DNA of 64,000 bases from Callorhinchus milii (taxonomy: Eukaryota), in contig NW_024704742.1 of NCBI RefSeq assembly GCF_018977255.1, forward strand, positions 48,672,001-48,736,000. Direction: 5' to 3'. This document shows, one piece after another, positions 35,608 through 45,862 of the stretch. Position 1 is the stretch's first letter. Each line of letters opens with the position of its first letter. The notes beneath the pieces are model-generated. The model was not told the origin of the DNA, made no database searches, and saw only the letters and a program-made list of their open reading frames with translations. The position numbers were made by a program, and so were the translations under genes.

Positions 35608-38129
35608 TCACGTCATTGAGAAGTTGCAAAGCTCTTCACAGAATATATTGTAAAATGGATTGACTGTGTATTGCTGAGCGAAACACGGCAGCCAATTGGA
35701 CACAATTGTGTCCCACAACCGGTCATGGATTGAATGACCACATTTTGGGGGGGAGGGCGGGGGAAGAGGGATTATTATCCCCATAAAGTGATCCGCCAAT
35801 CAACTAACAACCGGCTTCCTATTTACTGCTCGGTCAACAGAGGCGTGGGCTAAAGTTTCTTCTTGGCCTAGAATTTAACTTGGTGCGATAAAATTGGGTT
35901 ATTCACTTCATGGCTGTTTATGTGCAAATTGACTGCCTCGTTTGCCTACAAATACAGTACAGTATTTTCAGTAAGTCCTGTGAAACACTTTGAGACATTT
36001 CGACAGCGTGACAAGGCACGGTATTGTCAGAATTATTGCATTTGTGCAAAATTTGATCAAATTTTTAAATTTCATCTCAATCAGGACTTTGAAAAATGTT
36101 GTATCTGTGTCCATGAGAACTTTAAGCCTCAGAATGTGTACAGCAATGTGTGGTTGAAGGTTGAGCAAAATATTGAATCTCTTCTTCACACCAATGTTGT
36201 GTTGCAATTGGTAAGTCAAAGGCAGTAGTAAGTTTTATTAGGAAAGACTGCAACTGGGTTGCTTTTCTATGTATGAGAAGTTTAGCTGCTGGTAAGTCAA
36301 CACGAGCAGCTGAGTCCTTTGTTGACCAAATTACCTGCCATTGAGAAACTTCTGCAGACCTCACTGGTGAAGTCACAGGTTACGATGGAAGTTTTAGCAG
36401 TGTTAGGGTAAGGTCGAAGCTCCAGTGGATCATGTGATGGGAAGAGCCAGTCATTGGGAATTTTTGATAGTGTGTCACTGGAAAGTAGCAGCTGCTCTGG
36501 AAAAAAGTGCTTCTTATTTCTATAAAGAAGCCAGGTGGATTTTTCCAGGTATTAACTGATATTGTATTTTGAGTTCTCAGCTGTATTGTGGAAAGATGTC
36601 ATGTGCAGCAGATCTCTTCTTTTCCTATTTATTCACAATGTGCCTTATTTTCCCCACTTCATTGAATCCCTTTGTACGTTTTGGTCCAGAGTCCTATAAT
36701 CTTCCTTTTCACACTGCAGGGAGTTTTCAGGCTTCGCTTTGTAACTGCTCGATCTCCTCCACTTGAAACCTTTCACCATGTGGTGGGCTTGGGCACACTA
36801 AAGGCATTACTGTGCTGATTCCTGCAGTTGGCTTTCAGAGTCTCACCATCAGCTCTAACTCTGCTGGAAGAAACATATTCCCTCCTTTTATCAACCCATT
36901 GCATCCATATTCTGTAAAATGCCAATCTCAGCAAAGCATCATCACGCCAAATACTGCACTCAGCCTGATCTGTCTTTAATTTCTTTTGACATTGAGCTCT
37001 CTCGTAGCCCAAAGTGTGATGGCAACTGTAGTTTATTACTGTATCCAGTCAAAACCCCAGATTGTCAGGGAAACTATTAATGTTTGTTTGAGATTGAAAC
37101 AGATCGGAACAGATTGAGATCTAATGACTCATCTTTCATTCCTTTCACTTATGACAGCTAGGACTGTATTGCCCTTCATTTTCAGAATTGGTGCCTCTGA
37201 CTGTGAATTACTGGCTTTGTTGCTTCCTTTCTGCTTGGAGAGATTGAGGATTAATGCAAAATCTGGGTTTTGTGCAAATCCAGTATGCTATTTTGAGATT
37301 TGTTTGTTCATTTATATCTAGCCTAGTATGTAGTAAAACCTAGTATGTATTTCAAAGCCAAGTACTTTGCAACACACCAGGCACATAATCATAGTTGTGA
37401 AGGAGAAATTTAGGACAGACTCCAGGAAGCATTTCCTGACATAGAGAGTAACCAACAACTGGAATTAGTGATCTCATTTAAGAAATATCTGATGGAAGGA
37501 TCAGGTCAGATGGACCTTGTTCATCGAAACATTCAGCAATAAACAACATATTGAACAACTAAATATTGTATAAAAGTAACATTTTAAATCCATGTTCTTG
37601 CAAAGTAATTTAAGTAATTATGACCTCTCAGCTTTATCAGTTGAAAACAGTGTTAGGACCACTGTACTCATTAAGATTTGGTCTTAAAATTTTCAAGACA
37701 TGTTTACAATGCAAAACAATTTACATTTATATTGGATCTTTCACATCGGGAGGCCATTTCAAACTAGATGGGCACCTAAACTGAGGTGGGATCTGAGGGA
37801 GGGGGTGGGAAAGATGATTGAGAGCGCAAAGAGGTATGTTTTGAGACAGGCCTTGAATGAAGGATGGAGCACCACCAAAGCTCATTGATGAGTTGGACTG
37901 ATTGATCAACAATCGACAATGCATTATTGTGGACCTTGAAGAGAGTCCAACTCAAAGGGAAATCCTGGTTACCTCCCCTTCAATACTGAGGAGTGGAAGC
38001 TCAACAAATTCTGCTGGAAGACTGTTTGAAAACATTGTCCTAAATGCCTCAAGAACTTTGTAAAGGCCAAATGGGAATTATTTAGAGCAACCGGATATAT
38101 GGAGGATATTGATGAAAACACCGGGACAA

Positions 38130-38335
38130 ATACCCTTTTTTAAAATGCTGCCATGGAATGAACAGACAGACCGGGCCATGGTTTATCTTCTCAACTGAAG
38201 GATGGGAGTTTATCCCATAATAACACTGCATTGGTGTCAACCTAGACTTTGGGAGTTCAAAGCCCTGATGTGGGGCTTGAACCCACAAACTTCTGAAGCA
38301 GTGACAAGAGTGATACCAACTGAGCCAGGCTGACG
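38130..38335 (-). mobile_element. Old Deu-domain SINE, 5' half
   Basis: GGGGCTTGAACCCACAAACTTCTGA...GTGATACCAACTGAGCCAGGCTGAC. Confidence 0.75.
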
Positions 38336-38659
38336 TAATCTTTATTACACCTATTACTCAAGTATCTATCTATCTCTCTTTTAAACATCCCTATTAATTC
38401 CATCTCTACAGCTTTCTGGAGTAGAGCATTTCACATCCACTCACCCTCTGTGTAAAGAAATGTTTCCTGACCTCAGATCTAACCATTTTGGTTCTTCTTA
38501 TTCAGCAATCTCCTTCCTTTCTTGACATATTGCTAGATCGGGTGCTTAGAATATCTTCAGACAGAATTGACTCAAGTTTTGAAAGATAAAGTAAGGATAT
38601 AATAGAAACAAAAATATCAAAACTGTACTTCACCAATAGGAAAATTTGACGAGAAAGAT

Positions 38660-38850
38660 TGGTGCATTTTCTTCCTTGAGGCAACAAGACAAATTGATGC
38701 AAATCTAATACATGATAAAGCTGTGAACAACCAAGTTGCGATGCCAAAACAAGAGACACAACCAGTAGACTGAGTTTTTTTGGAATTAGTTAAAAACTTC
38801 AGATATCTTGGCATTAACATCACAGCCAATGGAAGTCTGACACCTGTCTG
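38660..38850 (+). mobile_element. Decayed LINE RT C-terminal remnant (RTE-like)
   Basis: Frame reads LELVKNFRYLGINITANGSL, the LE.V..F.YLG..IT.NG motif. Confidence 0.5.
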
Positions 38851-40664
38851 CAGCCTCTTTTCTCAAGAAATTGTCACTTAATCTGAACCCAAATAATATC
38901 ATTTTAGCCATCAAGGCAGATGTGGCCATTCATTTGCACTATATGGATTGCAAATTTGGAGTATCATAAAACATGAGATATAGCTGGAGGTCACATTTTG
39001 TTCATCTGAAGATCTCTCAGAATTAACTGGTTGGACCATGTTACAGATGAAATTGTATGCTGTCCCTTTAAAACCTGATAGCTGGCATTCTAGTGGAGAT
39101 GGGTAGCCAATTTTTGTTTGGGGAAAGGGAGGGTAGAGAATTATGCAGCCTCAAAAGTAATATGATGTACCCACCGATTCTATTGAGGAAGTTGCTTGGC
39201 ATTGTGTTAATAGTGTAACGCACTACAAGGAACACTTAGAATGAAGAGGAAACCGCTTTGTGATAAGGATACTCCCTTTGTCCGATTAGTGCCAAACTGG
39301 TTGTACAGTATTTTTAGGTGATGTGTTCTGTCCATCTGATGGTTAGTAGCCTAGTGCTGATGGTGATATGTGGTCTTTCAGCAAATTTGCATCTCACCGA
39401 TTTCTAGTAGTAGAGTGGGACAATAATATACAGTTTTGTGATTGTCTGTACACACAGTACAGCTATTACCCATATTCCTTACATAAAATTATGGAGCATC
39501 ATTGCTCTGCTTGGTGACCCTGCAATACAATGAACATGTGACATGCATGTTACAATTTAACACTGGAGCATTGGTTTCAATGATTTACAGTTCTTTCTCT
39601 CCAATACCAAACTCTAACTGGTAGTTTGATTCTCCACAATTTCTCTGTGTTGGTTCGTTGGTTGGTTGGTGCTGGCCACTTGTCATTGCAAAGCTAATCA
39701 GAAAGACTTGTACAACTGCAAGCTTCTATATCTTTTAGAGTCAAGAATTGCAGAATCTTTTGATCTCTGTTCTTCAAGCTCAGACAATACAATTTGAGAT
39801 TGCTTCATTTCCCAACAATATTTCACACTTTAGGACCATGAGAGTCAATTTACTCCTGAGGTTCATCATTATATCTCCCATTCAATCCTAAAACATTGTT
39901 ATATTATTATGCTGAAACATGTTAAACCTCAAAACCAGGTTTTAATTCCGTACGCAGGGGTTTGAGTAGGGTGTGGAGGGAGAGGTACAAAACCCATTTG
40001 GGAAAGTGGTAGTTTGATTCTCCACAATTTCGAAGAGGTAATTTTTCAAGTGGGATTTAAAGATAAAGGGGGAGTGAGACAGAAGGATAGTGACAGAGAG
40101 TTTCAAAGGTTAATTCAAAATTGCTACTTGATGAAAAAATCTTACAGAGTCATGGTGTTGGGGGGAAATGTGTTCCTCGGAAAAGCAGTTATGTGAGTGA
40201 ATACAATTTATATACTACTCTAATCTTCAATTGATTTATTCATCAAATAGCTATCTAATCCCCTTCAGAAACGGTTGCTACTATCTGCCTCCATCGCCTC
40301 CTAAAGTAATCCATTCCAAATATTCACTGCTCTCATTCTAATGAAAATAAATCAAAACTGTTTACCTTCCTTCTCCTGAACTTGTGTTTGTGCCAATCTG
40401 TTGTCAACTTGTCGTAATAACAATCCTTGCATTTTTATAATCCTTGCATTTGATATCCTCACAATTCAAATGGCAGACACATTAAATTGTCCACGTTCCA
40501 CAGGAGTCCCCTCACTTATCAGAATGTGGTGTAGACTGAGCTGGTAGCCCGTGTCATCTGGTGATTGTACACATCCTGCTTGTTATATGTGCAGTGAGAT
40601 GTGCATTACATAAATCACATCTTTAGTGGAATTTTTAAATAAGCAAACAGACTTTCCCAATGGG

Positions 40665-41865
40665 TTTTGTACCTCTCCTTCCACACCCTACTCGAAACCC
40701 TCCAGTCCGGTTTCCACCCTGCTCACAGTACAGAGAAAGCGCTCGTGAAGGTCGCAAACGTTATCCTCTCTATCTGTGACCAGGCTCCCTCTGTCTCCTC
40801 GGCCTCCTGGATCACTCCGCCGCATTCGACACAGTCGATCACGCTATCCATCTCCACCGCCTGTCCTCCATCATCCACCTCAGGGGATTGCACTCGCTTG
40901 GTTTGAGTCCTACCTTACAAACCGCCAGCACTACGTTTCTGCAAGTGGATTTTCTTTGCGCTTCCACCCAGTCACCTACAGTAAACCCCAAGGATCCATC
41001 CTTGGCTCCCTTCTCTTCCTCATCTAGATGCTCCCTCTTGGTGATGTCATCCACAGACAAGGGGTTAACTTCCACATGTATGTGGATGACACTCAACTCT
41101 ACTTTTCCACCTCCAGCTGCGACCTCCAGTCCCCTGATGTTCTGTCAGCTTGTCTATCGGACATCAGGAGCTGTATGAGTGCAAACTATTCTTTCTCCAC
41201 CACATCCGGTCTCTGACCAGCACTGCTTTCCTCCACCATTGTCACATTGCCCATCTCCGACAGTACCTCCCCCAAAAGCTGCCGAAACCTTTGTCCACCT
41301 CTCGGCTGGACTACTCTAATGCCCTCCTCGTCGGTCTCCCCACCTGCACTATTCACAAAATTCAGCTCATTCAAAACTCCATCACCCACATTCTCACCCG
41401 CACCAAACTTCGTAACCTGATTACTCCAGTCCTTGCCAAACTCCACTGGCTCCCTGTCACAGAGTGGATCGACTTCAAGATCCTCACTCTTGTGTTCAAA
41501 TCCCTCCATTCCTTGGCACCACCCTATCTCTTTAATCTCCTCTCTCCCAACAGCAGTAGTTGCTGCCTCTGCTCTACTGGGTCCGGCCTCCTCCGCATCC
41601 CTCGAATTCTCTGCTCCACCATCGGCGGCTGTGCCTTCAGCCACTATGCCCAGAAACTTTGGAACTCCCTCCCTCAACCCCTTCGCCTCGTCCCTCCTTT
41701 CCCATCTTCGGGTCGCGCTTGAAGACCTTCCTTTTCGACCGCGCTTACAGTTACTTTCCCTCTCCCCCTGGCTCGGCCTAGGGCTCCACCATTGTTAAGC
41801 ACTCTGAGACGCTGCCTGGCGTGGAGGACTCTATATAAATGCATGTTGTTGTTGTTGTTGTTGTT
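40665..41865 (+). mobile_element. L2 LINE, 5'-truncated, ORF2 RT to 3' tail, disrupted
   Basis: LQSGFHPAHSTEKALVKVAN, PQGSILGSLLFLI, FHMYVDDTQLY, SRLDYSNALLVGLP, ITPVLAKLHWLPV..IDFKIL; (TTG)n tail; frameshifts and stops. Confidence 0.95.
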
Positions 41866-41975
41866 TTGTCAAGTGCACAATTCACGAGTATTTCATGAGA
41901 TATTCCTAGTTCCACCCTTCCACTGCAGTGGATTACCTTTAATTGCCAATACATTTCGATGATGCTGATGATGCT

Positions 41976-42304
41976 GGAGTCCTGTAGCTCAGTGGTTAGA
42001 GCACTCGCTTTGCAAGCGAGACACCTGAGTTCAATTCCAGGCAGAGCGAAACCTTGGGCAAGTTTCCTTACTCCACACGCCTAGTAATAATCCCTCCAAA
42101 AAACAAAAAACAATAATAAAAAAAATTGGTCATTTTCAATCTACGACTGTTTGTGGGACATTGCTGTGCGCAATTGGCTGCCGCGTTCGCCCACAAATAT
42201 ACAGTCAATTCACTTTACAGTATATTCTGTGAAGCGCTTTGGGATGTCCTCCCGATGTGAAAAGCGCTATATCAAAAACAAGGATTATTATTATTATTAT
42301 TATT
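41976..42304 (+). mobile_element. Young tRNA-Ala SINE, subfamily A, full length
   Basis: Intact arm CTCGC-TTTGCAA-GCGAG (TGC anticodon), A and B boxes, (ATT)n tail. Confidence 0.95.
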
Positions 42305-43368
42305 TTACCTTTTCACTTAAACAGCCGTGTCAGATTTTGCAGCTGCTCATTTTGTAACCAGTTATGTTGGGGGTGTAGATCAGCTTCCATATGGGAGGAG
42401 GTGCATTTTGTGCTTGCTGTATGGTGCCAAACACAACTAAATGTCTGCCAGCAGAACTCTTCTCCTTTGTAAAATTAGCTAACTTCCTCCATCCCTCTCC
42501 AAACCAAACCTTTTCTCCACAGAAGCAGGCACACCAATTCACTCCATCATGTCTGCCACTGCTGTCTCTTTGTTTCCAAGGCCCCTTTTATACAAAATAC
42601 ACAGTCAACAACAACAAGATTACATTTGTATAGCGCCTTTCACGTCATAAATATGCAGGTTGGTAGGGGGTTAGTATTTTATAGTAAAATCCTGTGAAAT
42701 ACTTTTAGACATCCTCCTGCCCTACATCAAATGCAAGGATATTCCCACTTTGCCAGGTTCTCCTTCACCCCCCCACCCCCCATATATCTTTGATTTTTTT
42801 TATTTCTCAGGTCTTACTAGTTTGCTATTGAATGATTTTGTCAGTCCAGCCTCAATAACAAATGGCGTGCCTCAATACTATGGAGGAGGAGCTCTGTGAA
42901 GCGCTGTGGCATTTTACAGAGCTCCAGCGTGAAGGGCACTAAATAAATGCACGATGTTGTTGTAAATACTGGTGCCCTGATGCTTCTACTGAATTACATC
43001 TTCTGCACTCGACTCGAGGTATTATAACTTTATAATAGTTTTATTACTAAGATTATCCAATGCTCGTGACAGGATCTCTTGTGTATTACAGATTTCAAAG
43101 CAAGCATGTTACCATGTTAGCTTTGGTGTTACCAAAGTGGAGTGTTGACGCTGTGGGGAAGTTTCTGCAAATAAAAAGAAAGTATGTCTCTCTTGAGCTG
43201 GGTACAGGGAAGTGAAGAAGAATGACCTGGGGTGGATTTGTTCTGAGTCTTTTTTTCCTCCCTGTGGAGAAGGGAGGGGTTTGAACAGGGCAACTTGCCA
43301 CTACATGGCAACGTGGAGATGAGGAACTCGGCATGTGAGGAATTGCTGACACAAGCAAGCGGTCTATT

Positions 43369-43506
43369 GTGGATTTCAATGGAAAGTATGAACTCAAGCG
43401 CCAGGAAAGCTTTGAATCATTTATGAATGCGATTAGACTCCCAAATTAGTTTTTTGAAAAAAACACTGGGCCCATGAGTGCCACTCAAGTCGTTCACAAT
43501 GGAAAG
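43369..43506 (+). pseudogene. FABP1-like (liver-type fatty-acid-binding protein) processed pseudogene fragment
   Basis: VDFNGKYELKRQESFESFMNAIRLPN*FFEKNTGPMSATQVVHNGK aligns ungapped to recalled human FABP1 residues 1-46 (20/46 identical); GTG at the start position, TAG at 43447-43449, no intron at the exon 1/2 junction. Confidence 0.85.
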
Positions 43507-43605
43507 TTGGAGCACCAACTACATTTCTGTGATCGTATATTTAGCTATATTGTTATCACTGTATTTAAAAAAAGATAACAATTTGTTCAATTGCATAAAA
43601 ATCAG

Positions 43606-43765
43606 GCGTCAGCCTGACTAAATTGGTAGCACGTTTGCCTCTGAGTCAGAAGACTGGATTTAAGCCCCATTGGCATAATTTGAGATCATAGCCTAGACTA
43701 GCACTCCAGTGTAGTGCTGAAGTAGTGCTATATTGTTAGAGATACCAATACAAGGATTATTATTT
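43606..43765 (+). mobile_element. Old Deu-domain SINE, internally deleted
   Basis: GCGTCAGCCTGACTAAATTGGTAGCACGTTTGCCTCTGAGTCAGAAG head; CAAGGATTATTATT tail. Confidence 0.7.
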
Positions 43766-44330
43766 GTTTTGATGCACATTGGGATTGTCTAAACTGTATT
43801 TGCATACTCGAAATTGTGTCTTGGTTTATGAACACAATTGTGGGGTTCCCCAAAAATTGGGAAAGAAATGATGATCCTGAAGGTCAGAGTTGTGGCTAGC
43901 ATTTGTGTTCTGAGCATTTAGTGGACTTTGTGGGCCTTTTTCTCAGCTCAGAAACTCCCCAAAAAGCAAAACAACGGCTGTGATTGTGAATTCAGGTTGC
44001 AAATGCTGCATTTTCAACCTAAATTTCTGATTTATATTTAGTTTTGAATTTGCACACAGAAATCAACAGTTTGTATCATGGTCATGCTGCAAAAGAACCT
44101 TATATTTGATAACAATTTATATTGACATAGACAGAGCCTTTCATGTTAAGAGGATGTCTCCAGGTGCTTTACGCAACAGACTGGGAGCCCGAGCTGCAGA
44201 TGGGGAAACAAGGGGTAGAATGTCTGAAAGAGGTTCAATCATATTTCCCATAGTCTCTAATCTAGGTCACCAGTCCTGTTCCTGTAACCCTGATACCTGC
44301 TGCAGTCTTCAATGTGTGATTCCTCTGCAG

Positions 44331-44793
44331 CAGGGTACTCAAACTTTGTCATAGTGAACCTCCCTAAGCTAAGAAAAGCAATTGCGCCTTCCCATATAGA
44401 AGAATGCGTGGAAGAAAAAATGTCACTCTGCCCGTATTGCTCAGTCCTTCCACAAGCTATGTTCCACCCTAAATTTCACCTTCATCTGATCTCTTCAGCA
44501 ATAAAACTCTGTCTGAAAACTCCCAAACCTGTGAAGGTATTTGTCCAAAAACTGCAGAATATCTATCCATTCCTGCATATCCACTGTTCAACATCAGTTT
44601 GCTTTTGCTCCAGTCAATCTTGCCCACCCCTCTTATACAAAGAACTGAAAATCCTTACCTGTGACCATGGAAAGTGGCGGGGCTGTTTTTGAACATGCTC
44701 TGGCCTCTCACAATTTTAACACAACTGGTTAGTGCAACTGGTGCATGCCCACGTCTCCCTGTGCAGGTTTACCCCGTAGTTTGAGAACCTCTG
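44331..44793. mobile_element. hAT-type non-autonomous DNA transposon, ~460 bp
   Basis: Left CAGGGTACTCAAACT vs right reverse complement CAGAGGTTCTCAAACT; flanks CTCTGCAG / CTCCACAA (5/8). Confidence 0.6.
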
Positions 44794-45553
44794 CTCCACA
44801 ATATTCAACACAGTGTCATAAATGCCTACACCTGCCTCATTCTGTCATCTTGTATAATATTTTCATTGATTTATTCCAGTACAGCACAGCATTTTGCAGT
44901 ATTGTATAAATATGGCCACGATATTGTATAAGGCACACCCTGAGACATTTTGACCGCCTCATAAGACATTATGTAAATTGCAAGGGTGTTGATTATTATT
45001 ATTGCTTACAAAAATGGTCACTCCACTTGACAGTGATTATAATAAAGTTCTTTGCGATGTTTCAACATAAAGTGCTATAAAATGGACAGGCTTTCTATTG
45101 ATATTTTCCCCACAAGGTATTCTGTACTCTTCTATAACATTCACAGTCGTTGCACTGCATTACTTCAACCACCCACATTCCCCAATCCTGTAGAGATCAT
45201 TAGCATATACAATATAAACAATATAATTTGTATTTATTTATGTAGCATGTTTCAAATTGGGAGAATATCTTAAACACTTTATACAGCTAGGGATTCGATC
45301 CAAGGCTGGANGGGGGGATGACCTAAAGTATTACAATGATTGAAAGTACTCATGTAAGTACCATGTGCAAAATATACAGTCAATTCACTTCACAGTATAT
45401 TCTGTGAAGCGCTTTGAGACGTCTTGACATGATTAGGCGCTATAACAAGGATTTTTATTATCCCAGTCTCACATATAACAATTATACATTGAGTGAACCA
45501 ACAACATAGTAAATCCATGGTAAATTTTGTGATCACTGAGGGTTGTCCTTGCC

Positions 45554-45862
45554 CCAGGTGTAGAGTGGCGTCAATGTTGGATAATATGCTATTTGAAAGG
45601 TCATAATTGTAATTGTGCCAGGAGTGTTCATGGCATGAAATTGAAAAGGTAGCCTCAGGTATCTTTTTAACCCAGAAACCAATTTATAAGATTGTTTGTG
45701 TACAATGCAGGTGGTGGTCTGGCACATGTTGATAAAGAATATTAAATAGCATTTCTGACAGTGCCAGTGAAATTTGAGGGAAGATTTCAATCAAGGTTCT
45801 CTCAACAGACACAGATATACTGAAGCCCTCTCCTTCCATTTGTTAAATTGCAGCCCTAGGCT
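45554..45862 (-). repeat. Copy 2 of the ~310-bp inverted repeat
   Basis: Reverse complement of 33274-33582. Confidence 0.95.
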
